Shown here piece after piece: positions 27,997-37,457 of a stretch of 64,000 nucleotides of DNA. A program made the translations under genes and the position numbers. The notes under the pieces were generated by a model. The model worked only from the letters and a program-made list of their open reading frames with translations. It searched no databases and had not been told where the DNA came from. The stretch lies in NCBI GenBank assembly GCA_030749415.1, contig JASMKC010000027.1:5369-69368 (forward strand), given 5' to 3'. Within the stretch, counting starts at the first letter, position 1, and each line of letters begins with the position of its first letter. The stretch is from Myxococcota bacterium (GTDB lineage Bacteria > Myxococcota_A > UBA9160 > SMWR01).

Positions 27997-28908
27997 CTAC
28001 CCCCGCGCCTTCAGCGCTTCCATCACCGCCTGCATCTCGCCGGCGATGCTGTCCGGAATCGTGAAGCCGTCGGTGGCGCGAATCTCATCGAGGTTCGCCG
28101 CGATGTCCTCGGGTGACGGCGGTACCGCGTCAGGCGTGGTCCAGCCCGGCGCCATACCGAGGAAGACCCGCGCATAGCGTCCGGCACCCACGTCGAAGAT
28201 CTCGTGGGTCACGTCACATTGTTCGGACACCAGGTAGGCCACCAGCGGCGTCACGTATTCGGCATCCAGGTGCTCGGCCATGGCGCCGAGAAGCTGCTCC
28301 GTGAGCCGCGTCTTCGCGATCGGTGCAATCGCATTGCACTTGATGTTGTTCTTCGCGCCTTCCACGGAGAGAACGTTCGACAGGCCCACCAAGCCCATCT
28401 TCGCAGCGCCGTAGTTGGTCTGTCCAAAGTTCCCGAAGATCCCGGCGCCAGACGCCGTGAACAGAAAGCGCCCGTAGTTGTGCTCCTTCATCACGCGGAA
28501 GGCAGGCTGGCTGACGAAGAACGCGCCTTTGAGGTGCACGTCGATGACGGCTTCGAGATTCTCGGGCTCGAGCTTCACAAAGGACTTGTCGCGCAGGATG
28601 CCGGCGTTGTTGATGACGATGTCGACCTTCTCGAAATTGTCGAGTGCGGTCTGGATGATCGCCTCACCCCCTTCGGGGGTGGCAACGCTGTCGTAGTTGG
28701 CCACGGCCTTGCCGCCGGCCTCCTCGATCTCCTTCACAGTCTCGTCGGCCATGCTGCTGCTGCCGCCGGTGCCGTCGGCGGCACCCCCGAGGTCATTGAC
28801 CACCACACTGCCACCGCGCGCCGCGATCAGCTTGGCGTAGGTCTTGCCGAGGCCGCCGCCGGCACCGGTGATGACGGCAACGCGGCCGTCGAAACGAATC
28901 TCACTCAT
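27997..28908 (-). CDS. SDR-family 3-hydroxyacyl-CoA dehydrogenase (MFE-2 dehydrogenase-like)
   Basis: Trimmed to ATG 28908 (MSEIRFDGRVAVITGAGGGLG). NNAG and NYGAAK motifs. GAGGAG SD. Confidence 0.88.
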   Translation of the reverse strand: MSEIRFDGRVAVITGAGGGLGKTYAKLIAARGGSVVVNDLGGAADGTGGSSSMADETVKEIEEAGGKAVANYDSVATPEGGEAIIQTALDNFEKVDIVINNAGILRDKSFVKLEPENLEAVIDVHLKGAFFVSQPAFRVMKEHNYGRFLFTASGAGIFGNFGQTNYGAAKMGLVGLSNVLSVEGAKNNIKCNAIAPIAKTRLTEQLLGAMAEHLDAEYVTPLVAYLVSEQCDVTHEIFDVGAGRYARVFLGMAPGWTTPDAVPPSPEDIAANLDEIRATDGFTIPDSIAGEMQAVMEALKARG

Positions 28909-29123
28909 GATCTCTCCTCGTCTCTCGTCGCATTCGGAAAGCCCGCAGCCGTGGTGCGAGCCGGAGCAGTCTAACCGATCCCAGACAGCAGGGGGCGGGG
29001 CCGGGAAACGCCGGGCCGGGTACTCTCGCGCCCGAGCGACGGCGGTGCCGGCTCGATTCGCGGCGCGAGACCGTCCGCGGACCCCTGGGACGCGGCTGCG
29101 TCGCAATCACCGCGGAGAAAGCG

Positions 29124-29849
29124 ATGAGCGAACAGAGTCCTCCGGCCGGCTTTCCCTGGCGCAACGTCGCCATCGCCTGCGTGGTCCTGGCCGGACTGTT
29201 GCTCCTCGGCAGGGCGGGCGGCGACCGCATCCCCGAGTTCGCCGCCTGGGTCGAGAGGCTCGGCCCGTGGGGACCTGCGGTTTTCATTGTGGGTTATGCG
29301 GCGGCGGTGGTGGTCTTCGTGCCCGCCTCCCTGCTGACCCTGGCGGCCGGCGCCATCTTTGGGCTCGTCGAAGGAACGCTCTACGTCTTCGTCGCAGCCG
29401 TGCTCGGATCGTGCCTTGCGTTCCTCGTGGGCCGACACGCCGCACGAACTGCCGTCGCGCGGCGCATTGCGGGCAATCCCCGTTTCGCCGCGATCGATCG
29501 CGCGACGGGAAAGCGGGGCCGCTGGATCGTCTTCCTGCTGCGGCTCTCGGTGGCGATCCCGTTCAACCTGCTCAACTACGCACTCGGGCTCACGAGCGTC
29601 CGCTTCATCGACTACACCGCGGCATCCGTGGGAATGCTCCCCGGAACCGTGCTCTACGTCTACCTGGGCAAGGTGGCCGGGGACGTAGCCACCGCGGCAA
29701 GCGGTGCGTCGATGGCCCGCGGTCCGGCCCAGACCGCGCTGCTCGTGGTCGGCCTGATGGCGACCGTCGCCGTCACCGTCTACATCACCCGGATCGCACG
29801 ACGGGCTCTGGCCGAAGCCACCGCCGACACGAATACCGCAGAGCCGTGA
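29124..29849 (+). CDS. TVP38/TMEM64 (DedA-related) membrane protein
   Basis: VPASLLTLAAGAIFG...LLRLSVAIPFNLLNYALGLT pattern. Confidence 0.8.
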   Translation: MSEQSPPAGFPWRNVAIACVVLAGLLLLGRAGGDRIPEFAAWVERLGPWGPAVFIVGYAAAVVVFVPASLLTLAAGAIFGLVEGTLYVFVAAVLGSCLAFLVGRHAARTAVARRIAGNPRFAAIDRATGKRGRWIVFLLRLSVAIPFNLLNYALGLTSVRFIDYTAASVGMLPGTVLYVYLGKVAGDVATAASGASMARGPAQTALLVVGLMATVAVTVYITRIARRALAEATADTNTAEP

Positions 29850-29877
29850 AAGACCGGCCGGAACCCGCGGAGAAGCC

Positions 29878-31407
29878 ATGAACGACTGGCCCGAACTCAC
29901 ACCGCTCGACGAACACAACCGTACCCTGTCCGGGAACGTGGCTCCCAAAGACTGGGTGAACCCCGAACCCTCCGGCCGCTACAACCTCGTGGTGATCGGT
30001 GCCGGCTCGGCCGGCCTCATCACTTCGGCAATCGCCGCTGGGCTCGGCGCAAAGGTCGCGCTGGTCGAAGGCCACCACCTCGGAGGCGACTGTCTCAACG
30101 TGGGCTGCATCCCATCGAAGGGCGTGATCCGCGCGTCGCGAATGGTGGCCGAAGCGCGCCGGGCCGCGAACGAACTGGGGCTGCCGCTGGCCGACGACGC
30201 GGCGCCCGACTTCGGACGCGTAATGCAGCGGATGCGCCGCATCCGTGCCCAGATCAGCTCCGAGGACTCGGCGACCCGCTATCGGGACGAACTGGGCGTC
30301 GATGTCTACTTGGGACAGGCCCGGTTTCGAGACTCCGGCACGCTGGAGGTCGGCGGCCGGAAGCTCCACTTCAAGCGCGCCGTCATCGCGACCGGTGCGC
30401 GTGCGGCCCGGCCGCAGATCCCCGGCCTCGACGAGACCGGCTACCGAACCAATGAGAGCATCTTCAATCTCACCGAAAAACCGCGGCGCCTCGGCGTGAT
30501 CGGAGCGGGACCGATCGGGTGCGAACTGGCCCAGGCCTTCCGTCGTCTCGGATGCGAGGTGGCGCTCCTCCACGCCGACCGGCACATCCTGCCGCGCGAA
30601 GACGCCGACGCGGCAGCGGTCCTCTCGCAGCGCTTTGCGGCGGAAGGAGTGCGGGTGGTCGATGCCTGCGAGATCCGGGCGACCGAGCGTCGGCCCGACG
30701 GGCGGGCGATTCGCTTCCGTCACCCCGACGGGCTCGAGGAAGATCTCGTCGTTGACGAGATTCTCGTCGCCGTGGGCCGCGCGCCCAACGTTGCCGGGCT
30801 CGGCCTCGAAGCGGCCGGTGTGACGTTCGACACGCGGCGCGGTGTGCATGTGGACGATCATCTGCGGACCGCGAACCGCCGCATCTTTGCGGCGGGTGAC
30901 GTCTGTATGAACTGGAAGTTCACCCACGCGGCCGACACCGCGGCAAAAATCGTGGTGCGAAACGCGCTCTTCTTTCCCATTGCGAAGCTCTCCAGCCAGG
31001 TCATGCCCTGGTGCACCTACACCGACCCCGAAATTGCACATGTCGGACTCTACGCGCACGAGGCGCACGAACGCGGCATCGAGGTGGACACCTTCCAGGT
31101 CCCCCTCGCGGAGGTGAATCGCGCGGTGACCGACGGAGAAGACGAGGGTTTCGTGAAGATCCACACCGAGCGGGGCAAGGACCGGATCAGGGGCGCCACG
31201 ATCGTGGCCAGCCACGCCGGGGAGATGCTCAGTGAGCTGACCCTGGCAATGGTGCACGGCGTGGGACTGGACAAGCTCTTCGACGTGATCCACCCCTACC
31301 CGACCCAGGCCGAGGGCATCAAGCGCGCCGCGGGCGCCCGGCTGCGGACGCGTCTCACGCCGCTGGCCGCAGGGGCACTGCGGCGTTGGCTGGCAATTCG
31401 CCGCTAG
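29878..31407 (+). CDS. Class I pyridine nucleotide-disulfide oxidoreductase (MerA/Lpd-like; no Hg-specific features)
   Basis: VVIGAGSAGL FAD motif and redox-active GGDCLNVGCIPSK. No HMA domain and no C-terminal Cys pair. Confidence 0.85.
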   Translation: MNDWPELTPLDEHNRTLSGNVAPKDWVNPEPSGRYNLVVIGAGSAGLITSAIAAGLGAKVALVEGHHLGGDCLNVGCIPSKGVIRASRMVAEARRAANELGLPLADDAAPDFGRVMQRMRRIRAQISSEDSATRYRDELGVDVYLGQARFRDSGTLEVGGRKLHFKRAVIATGARAARPQIPGLDETGYRTNESIFNLTEKPRRLGVIGAGPIGCELAQAFRRLGCEVALLHADRHILPREDADAAAVLSQRFAAEGVRVVDACEIRATERRPDGRAIRFRHPDGLEEDLVVDEILVAVGRAPNVAGLGLEAAGVTFDTRRGVHVDDHLRTANRRIFAAGDVCMNWKFTHAADTAAKIVVRNALFFPIAKLSSQVMPWCTYTDPEIAHVGLYAHEAHERGIEVDTFQVPLAEVNRAVTDGEDEGFVKIHTERGKDRIRGATIVASHAGEMLSELTLAMVHGVGLDKLFDVIHPYPTQAEGIKRAAGARLRTRLTPLAAGALRRWLAIRR

Positions 31408-31649
31408 CTCTCAGCGCGCCGGGCGTCGAGGATGGCGCGAATCAGATCATCGGGGACGTCGTCCGGTGCCGGTCCGTCCGGATCGGTGCAGACCTCGCGC
31501 CCGAGCCGAACCGTCTCCCGGTACGTGTCCAGGTATGTGACACAGCCGGGGCAGTGGGCCAGGTGTTCGTCGAATGCCGCGCGCTGTGCGGCGGGCAGCT
31601 CCCCGTCGAGATAGGCCATCAGGAAGTCCACGAACTCGCGGCAGTTCAT
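31404..31649 (-). CDS. Anti-sigma factor, zf-HC2 type
   Basis: Trimmed to ATG 31649 (MNCREFVDFLMAYLDGEL...HLAHCPGC). The ATG overlaps the sigma-factor stop (ATGA). Confidence 0.8.
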   Translation of the reverse strand: MNCREFVDFLMAYLDGELPAAQRAAFDEHLAHCPGCVTYLDTYRETVRLGREVCTDPDGPAPDDVPDDLIRAILDARRAES

Positions 31650-32263
31650 CCGGTGCTCCGTTTCAGGTGCGGTTCGAGAAGCTTTCGCAGGGCCATGCGC
31701 GCCCGGTGAAGCCGGGTCTTTACCGCGCCCCGGCTGACATCCAGCGCCCCGGCAGTCTCCTCCGTGTCGTATTCTTCGACGTCGCGGAGGAGCAGCACGT
31801 TTCGGTGTCCCTCGGGCAGCTCGTGAACCTTCGACAGGACGAGTTCCCGAATCTCGGCGCGGGAAACGCGGTCCTCGGGGGGCTTTTCCCACTCCGACGC
31901 CGGCTCGGCCAGGTGCCCGTTCTCCAGAAACCCGGGCAGCAGCTCCTCGATCGCCTGTTCGGGCCTGCGCCGGCGGGTGCGGAGCTTCAGCAACGCCGCG
32001 TTGACCACGATCCGATGCAGCCAAGTCGAGAGCTGCGCATTGCCCTCGAAGCGGTCGATGGCGCGAAAAGCGTTCAGAAACGCGTCCTGCACCGCGTCGC
32101 GGGCGTCGTCTTCGCTGCGCAGGAAGCGCCGGGCGACGGCCAGCATGCGGCCGCCGCGGGTGCGCACCAATTCCTCGTAGGCGGCCTCATCTCCGACCTT
32201 CAGAGCGGCGATGAACGCGGTCTCGTCCCCGAGGGCTCGACCGGCGTTCCGAGGTATCGTCAT
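31646..32263 (-). CDS. ECF-type RNA polymerase sigma-70 factor
   Basis: Region 2 DAVQDAFLNAF...WLHRIVVN; region 4 EETAGALDVSRGAVKTRLHRAR. Confidence 0.9.
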   Translation of the reverse strand: MTIPRNAGRALGDETAFIAALKVGDEAAYEELVRTRGGRMLAVARRFLRSEDDARDAVQDAFLNAFRAIDRFEGNAQLSTWLHRIVVNAALLKLRTRRRRPEQAIEELLPGFLENGHLAEPASEWEKPPEDRVSRAEIRELVLSKVHELPEGHRNVLLLRDVEEYDTEETAGALDVSRGAVKTRLHRARMALRKLLEPHLKRSTG

Positions 32264-32294
32264 CGGCGCACCGTATCACAGGGGAAATCGCGCA

Positions 32295-32834
32295 ATGTCC
32301 CTGCTCAAATTCCTTGGCCTCTCCGGCGATGTCGACGCTTCACGCGACGCTCGGGGCGAGACGGACACCGTTCGGCGCATCGTCACCCAACTCGAGCGCC
32401 TGCCCGCGGAGCAGGCGAAACACCTGGCGACCTTCGCTTACGTGCTGGCGCGGGTGGCGCATGCAGATTTCGAGATCGACGAGTCGGAGATCCACGAGAT
32501 GGAGCGCATCGTGCGCGAGCTCGCCCACCTGAGCGAGTCCGAAGCGGTGCTCGTGGTACAGATCGCTAAGTCGCAGGCACAGCATCTCGGTGGCACCGAG
32601 AACTACATCGTGACGCGCACGTTCCGGCGCAATGCCACCCGGGAGCAACGGGCCCAATTGCTCGAGTGCCTCTACGCCGTGGCAGCGGCTGACGGCACGA
32701 TTTCGGGAGCCGAATCGAACGAGATCCTGAATATCGCAGAAGAGCTCGGGTTCACACGCCCCGAAGCCATCGCAGTGCGGGCGGCCTTTCGAGAGCACCT
32801 CTCCGAGTTCCAGAAGGGGCCGGAGAAAGACTGA
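32295..32834 (+). CDS. TerB-family (tellurite-resistance-like) protein
   Basis: Trimmed to ATG 32295. Two TerB-like halves (VARVAHADFEIDESEIHEMERI; LYAVAAADGTISGAESNEILNIAEELG). Confidence 0.75.
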   Translation: MSLLKFLGLSGDVDASRDARGETDTVRRIVTQLERLPAEQAKHLATFAYVLARVAHADFEIDESEIHEMERIVRELAHLSESEAVLVVQIAKSQAQHLGGTENYIVTRTFRRNATREQRAQLLECLYAVAAADGTISGAESNEILNIAEELGFTRPEAIAVRAAFREHLSEFQKGPEKD

Positions 32835-32847
32835 ACGCGGGAACCGG

Positions 32848-33582
32848 CTAGCGTCGAACCAACAACAGTGTCGTCGGGTCGAGGGCCACGTGCAGTGCCT
32901 CGAGGTCCGGATTGTCGTGATCCTTGAGCGCGCGCAGGGCCACGCAGTCGCCCGCGGGCTCCAGAGCCAGGATCACGCTAGCGGTATCGCCAAAGCGGAT
33001 GATCCACGGCGGAATCACCCTGGGCGCCTCGTCGCGTGAGGCCGCGGAGACCCACACCTCGGCGGCGAGTTCACCAGCGAGGGCCTTGAGGTCTTCGAAC
33101 TCGTCGCGGTCCAGCACCTCGCAGTCGAGCCCTTCGAGCACGATCACCGACGGGCGGCCCCCGGCCTCGCTCTCGACCTTCACGGCGTCGCGCAGCTTCG
33201 AGGCGCTGAAATACTGGGGAGAGTAGACGCGAATACTGCGCTGCCGGTCGATCTCGGCGTGCACCACCGCCTCTTCTTCGAGGTGTGTCGTCGACACCAG
33301 ATCCTCGAATACCGTGTCGTAATGACTCCGCACGTGCGCAACGCTGTGATTGAGACAGACGTGCAGAACCTTCCCGCCGCGCAGCAACTCGTCCAGAGCA
33401 ACCGCCACCAGGAACGCCGTTTTTCCGACCCCGTGCCCCGCCAGGACGACCCCGACGTTCCCGGGACCGAGCCCCCCGTGGAGGCCCTTCTCCAGCAGCC
33501 GCAACGGACTGCGAGCATTCGCGAATCGGCGATTCAATCGATCCTCCCCTGGCTCGATGGTCCCTGCCCGCCGGGGGTCCAC
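32848..33582 (-). CDS. RecA-superfamily P-loop ATPase, KaiC/RAD55-like single domain
   Basis: LEKGLHGGLGPGNVGVVLAGHGVGKTAF (Walker A), SVIVLEGLD (Walker B-like). Starts 28 nt downstream of EF-G. Confidence 0.65.
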   Translation of the reverse strand: MDPRRAGTIEPGEDRLNRRFANARSPLRLLEKGLHGGLGPGNVGVVLAGHGVGKTAFLVAVALDELLRGGKVLHVCLNHSVAHVRSHYDTVFEDLVSTTHLEEEAVVHAEIDRQRSIRVYSPQYFSASKLRDAVKVESEAGGRPSVIVLEGLDCEVLDRDEFEDLKALAGELAAEVWVSAASRDEAPRVIPPWIIRFGDTASVILALEPAGDCVALRALKDHDNPDLEALHVALDPTTLLLVRR

Positions 33583-33610
33583 CGGGCGGACCCTCGGAAA
33601 CCGGCACAGC

Positions 33611-35707
33611 CTACGCGTCGTCCGATCCGGGCACCCTAGACTTGTAGCGCTCCTTCAACTGCTCCTGCACCTCGGAGGGAGCGGGTAGATAGCGCGAGAA
33701 CTCCATCGTGAACTCCGCCTTGCCCTGGGTCACCGAGCGCAAGTCCGTCGCGTAGCCGAACATCTCGGAGAGCGGGACCTCCGCCTCGACGCGACAGAAG
33801 TTGCCCTCTTCCTCGGTCGTGCCCACGACGTTCCCGCGGCGCTGCATCACGGTCTTGAGCACGGTGCCCTGAAATTCCTCGGGCGACTCCACCTCGAGCT
33901 TCATCACCGGTTCGAGAACGATGGGCTTCGCGGGACCGTAGACCTTTCGGAAGGCGCCGCGAGCCGCCGCCTGGAAGGCGTTGTCCGATGAGTCCACCGA
34001 GTGGGACTTTCCATCAGTGAGCACCACGCGAAATCCCTGCACGGGGAAACCGATGAGGCGGCCCTTCCCCATGCAGGAAAGGAAACCCTTCTCCACCGAG
34101 GTGATGAATTCCGTGGGGACATTGCCGCCGCGCACCTCGTTGACGAACTCGAACTCCGTCTCGCCATCCGCGATGGGCTCGACGTAGCCGACCACCGCTC
34201 CGAATTGCCCGGCGCCACCGGTCTGTTTCTTGTGCACATGATCGAACTCGGCGCGCTGGGAGATCGCCTCGCGATAGGCGACCTGGGGCGCCCCGGTCTC
34301 CACCTCGCAACCGTACTCGCGCTTCATGCGCTCCACGTAGACCTCGAGGTGCAACTCGCCCATGCCCGAGATCACGGTCTCGCCACTCTCCGGATCGACC
34401 TTGCTCCGGAAGGTCGGATCCTCGCGGACGAAACGCCCGAGCGCCTTCGACATGCCGTCCTGAGCCTTCGTGTCCACGGGCTTCACGGCGAGCGAGATCA
34501 CCGGATCGGGGATGTGCATCGAACTCATCGATACCGCGATGGTCCCATCGGTGAAGGTATCCCCCGAAGCACAGTCGATTCCAAAGAGCGCCACGATGTC
34601 GCCGGCCGTCGACTCCCCGATGTCCTCCATCGAGTCCGCGTGCATGCGGATCAGGCGCCCCACCTTATGGCGCTTCCCGGTGCGGCTGTTCTCGATGTTC
34701 ATGCCCTTCTTCAGCAGGCCCTGATACACGCGCACGTAGGTGAGCTGCCCGTAGCGCCCGTCCTCGAGCTTGAAGGCCAGCGCCACCAGGGGCTTGTGCG
34801 GATCCGTGTCGATCGTGATCACCGCCTCGTCGTTCGAGAGGTCGAGAGCGGTGTTCTGCCTCTCCGAAGGACCGGGCAGGTAACGCCCGACGGCGTCGAG
34901 CAGCTTCTGGACGCCCTTGTTCTTGTAGGCCGAGACCAGGTAGACGGGCGTCAGCTCCATCGAGAGCGTTCCGCTGCGCACCGCCTCGTGGATCTGCTCC
35001 TCAGTGACCCGGTCCTCGAGGATCGCCTCCATCAGTTCGACGGAGAACATCGAGACCTCGTCGAGCATCTTCTCGCGAGCGGTCTCGGCCTCTTCGCGCA
35101 ATTCGTCCGGGATCTCCTTCTCGACCAGGTGCTCGCCCTTGTCTCCCTCGAAGTAGACCGCCTTCATGGTAATCAGGTCGATCACACCCGCGAACTCGGC
35201 CTCGAGACCGATCGGAAGCTGCATCATCACGGCGTTGTGGCCGAGCTTCTCGCACAGCTGCTGGCTCACCCGGTGCGGATTCGCCCCCGAGCGGTCGAGC
35301 TTGTTGATGACGGCGAGCCGCGGAACCTTGTAGCGGCGCATCTGCCGATCGACCGTCATCGACTGGGACTGCACACCGGCCACACCACAAAGGATCAGCA
35401 CCGCACCGTCGAGCACCCGCAGCGCGCGCTCCACCTCGATGGTGAAGTCGACGTGCCCGGGAGTGTCGATGATATTGATCGTGTACCCGTCCCACGTGCA
35501 CTGGGTCGCGGCACTCTGAATGGTGATGCCACGCTCCTTTTCCAGTTCCATGGAATCCATGGTGGCACCGCGCTCGTCCTTGCCCTTCACCTCGTGAATC
35601 GCATGGATCCTGCCGGTGTAGAAGAGCACGCGCTCACTGAGCGTGGTCTTGCCCGAGTCGATGTGGGCACTGATGCCGATGTTCCGAATCCTGGAAATGT
35701 CGGCCAT
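33611..35707 (-). CDS. fusA: Elongation factor G (stand-alone; mitochondrial/spd-type signature)
   Basis: [21 protein letters not shown]; 698 aa. N-terminal [31 protein letters not shown] resembles mtEF-G1-type proteins. Confidence 0.93.
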   Translation of the reverse strand: MADISRIRNIGISAHIDSGKTTLSERVLFYTGRIHAIHEVKGKDERGATMDSMELEKERGITIQSAATQCTWDGYTINIIDTPGHVDFTIEVERALRVLDGAVLILCGVAGVQSQSMTVDRQMRRYKVPRLAVINKLDRSGANPHRVSQQLCEKLGHNAVMMQLPIGLEAEFAGVIDLITMKAVYFEGDKGEHLVEKEIPDELREEAETAREKMLDEVSMFSVELMEAILEDRVTEEQIHEAVRSGTLSMELTPVYLVSAYKNKGVQKLLDAVGRYLPGPSERQNTALDLSNDEAVITIDTDPHKPLVALAFKLEDGRYGQLTYVRVYQGLLKKGMNIENSRTGKRHKVGRLIRMHADSMEDIGESTAGDIVALFGIDCASGDTFTDGTIAVSMSSMHIPDPVISLAVKPVDTKAQDGMSKALGRFVREDPTFRSKVDPESGETVISGMGELHLEVYVERMKREYGCEVETGAPQVAYREAISQRAEFDHVHKKQTGGAGQFGAVVGYVEPIADGETEFEFVNEVRGGNVPTEFITSVEKGFLSCMGKGRLIGFPVQGFRVVLTDGKSHSVDSSDNAFQAAARGAFRKVYGPAKPIVLEPVMKLEVESPEEFQGTVLKTVMQRRGNVVGTTEEEGNFCRVEAEVPLSEMFGYATDLRSVTQGKAEFTMEFSRYLPAPSEVQEQLKERYKSRVPGSDDA

Positions 35708-35725
35708 GGTCCGGGGCCTCTATTG

Positions 35726-35754
35726 CCGCACCATTCCGCGAGGGAACGGTGCGG
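35726..35754 (-). promoter_or_regulatory. Strong hairpin in the EF-G leader (12-position stem with 1 mismatch, 5-nt loop)
   Basis: ccgcaccattcc-gcgag-ggaacggtgcgg. The hairpin ends 18 nt upstream of the EF-G ATG on the minus-strand RNA. Two further hairpins lie at 35768-35790 and 35838-35855. Confidence 0.3.
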
Positions 35755-35860
35755 GAACTTTTACTCTCCGGCTCTTCGCAGGGGAGCCGGCGGCGCAACG
35801 GCCACCGGGGGCATCCCATCGGCAGGGAGGGCGAGTAGGTTGAGATATTTCAACCGATTG

Positions 35861-36793
35861 TCAAGAGAGACGATCGCCCACGGCGAGCCCTTCGCGGGCG
35901 GGCTGCTTCGGGCCGTCGCCCACCCGCACCCGGCCCACGCGGAGGCAACCCCCCGCCGCAGAGACCCGAGCCGGGCCGTCTTCGAATCCGAGGACCCTGC
36001 CGGGAGAAGCTTCGACGTCCTCATCGCCCATCCGGCAGTCGAATAGACGCACAGGCTCGCCCCGGAGCTCGGCCCAGGCGCCCGGCTGCGGGTCGCAGCC
36101 GCGCAGCAACCGATCGACCTCCAGCGCCGGGCGGGACCAGTCGACACGCGCGTCGGCAGCGCTCACCAGGCCCTGAAAACTCGCGAGGGTGGGGTCCTGG
36201 GACTCAAATCGTGCCGTCCCCGTCGCCACCGCAGCCACCGCCTCCACGATCGCTTCCACGCCCAGGGGATAGAGCTTGTCGAAATAGAGGCTACCGGCGG
36301 TGTCGACGGCCTCGATCGGCACGCCGCGCTTCTGGACCACGATGGGACCGGTGTCGACGCCCGCGTCCGGCTGGAAGACCGTGACCCCGGACTCCTGCTC
36401 CCCCAGGATGATCTGCCAGGCCAGGGCATTGCCGCCCCGGTACCGGGGCAGGAGCGAGGGGTGGAAGCAGAGCGAGCGGCGCGGGGGGGCAGCCAGGATC
36501 TCGGACGGCAGGATCGCCGTCACGAAGGCCAGCACGTTCAGTTCCGCACCGAGCGCCCGGTAGTCCTCGAGATGGCGCGCGATGGGCTCGAAGCCATCAC
36601 CCGAGCGGCGCCGGAAGTGCTTCACCTGAAGCAGGCGGGTGCCCCGTTCGCGAGCCGCCTCAGCGAGCGGGTCGGGACGTCGGGGCTCGGGAGGCGTGTA
36701 GACGCCCACCACGTCGTGACCCTCTGCTGCCAGGCGCGTGAAGACGTCCCGGCCGAAAGCCGCCTGCCCAAAGAGCGCAATTCGAATGCCCAT
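35861..36793 (-). CDS. Formyltransferase-family protein (Fmt/ArnA/FDH N-terminal-like, with C-terminal Fmt_C-like domain)
   Basis: HPSLLPRYRGGNALAWQII and DAGVDTGPIV motifs; 310 aa. Distinct from the canonical fmt at 48135. Confidence 0.8.
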   Translation of the reverse strand: MGIRIALFGQAAFGRDVFTRLAAEGHDVVGVYTPPEPRRPDPLAEAARERGTRLLQVKHFRRRSGDGFEPIARHLEDYRALGAELNVLAFVTAILPSEILAAPPRRSLCFHPSLLPRYRGGNALAWQIILGEQESGVTVFQPDAGVDTGPIVVQKRGVPIEAVDTAGSLYFDKLYPLGVEAIVEAVAAVATGTARFESQDPTLASFQGLVSAADARVDWSRPALEVDRLLRGCDPQPGAWAELRGEPVRLFDCRMGDEDVEASPGRVLGFEDGPARVSAAGGCLRVGRVRVGDGPKQPAREGLAVGDRLS

Positions 36794-36812
36794 CGCCCGC
36801 CCCTATACCGCG

Positions 36813-37451
36813 TCAGTGCGCCTTCGAGCGATCCCCGACCTGCCCGCGCGGACGGGCGGGGCGGCCGTAGACCAGGGTGTGGGGCTCGACCTCTCCCGTC
36901 ACGATGGAGCCCGATCCCACGATGCTATGAGCGCCGATGCAGGACCCCCGCAGCACCAGGCAATCGCTCGCGATCCAGACGTACTCACCGATCGAGACCG
37001 GCTGACTGCGTTCGCGGCGCGCGTCGTCGAGATCGTGCTGGTCGGAGTCGAAGACGCGACTGCCCGGACCCACCATCGCGCCCCGCGCCAGGCTCACCTC
37101 GCTTTTCGCGCTCAGGTGACAACCGTTGACGAGGCATTCCGGGCCCAGAACCATCCGCGCCCCCTCGAAGGCCACGATGTGGACATCGCCGACCTCGGTC
37201 CGCAGCCACGCGCGTTCAGCGACCTCGACTCGCGCACCGGGATAGAGAATGAAGTGGAGCCGGCCGGGGATCCGTTCGGTCACCGCGCCCTCCGCAATGC
37301 GGAGCGAGGCGTCGGGAGCCAGGTTGTAACGAGCCACCGCGAAGTTGGAACTCGCGTGCGGATCGACCTCGAGACCGCGATGGCGCGCGCGCAGAAACGC
37401 CAGACGTACCCGGTTCCAGCGATCCCAGGCGCGCATCTCGAGAGCGCGCAC
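36813..37451 (-). CDS. Left-handed beta-helix (hexapeptide-repeat) acyl/acetyltransferase
   Basis: Hexapeptide-like tail IGEYVWIASDCLVLRGSCIGAHSIVGSGSIVTGEV. GTG start 6 nt after the infA stop. Confidence 0.75.
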   Translation of the reverse strand: MRALEMRAWDRWNRVRLAFLRARHRGLEVDPHASSNFAVARYNLAPDASLRIAEGAVTERIPGRLHFILYPGARVEVAERAWLRTEVGDVHIVAFEGARMVLGPECLVNGCHLSAKSEVSLARGAMVGPGSRVFDSDQHDLDDARRERSQPVSIGEYVWIASDCLVLRGSCIGAHSIVGSGSIVTGEVEPHTLVYGRPARPRGQVGDRSKAH

Positions 37452-37457
37452 GGCTGT

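Noticed and set aside
29878-31407. A mercuric reductase (merA) call.
   Set aside because: It lacks the HMA metal-binding domain and the C-terminal Cys pair, and there are no merR/T/P genes. Only the generic class I disulfide-reductase features are present.
32848-33582. A circadian-clock KaiC call.
   Set aside because: It is a single 244-aa domain rather than a double domain, with no kaiA/kaiB. Only generic RecA-superfamily motifs are present.
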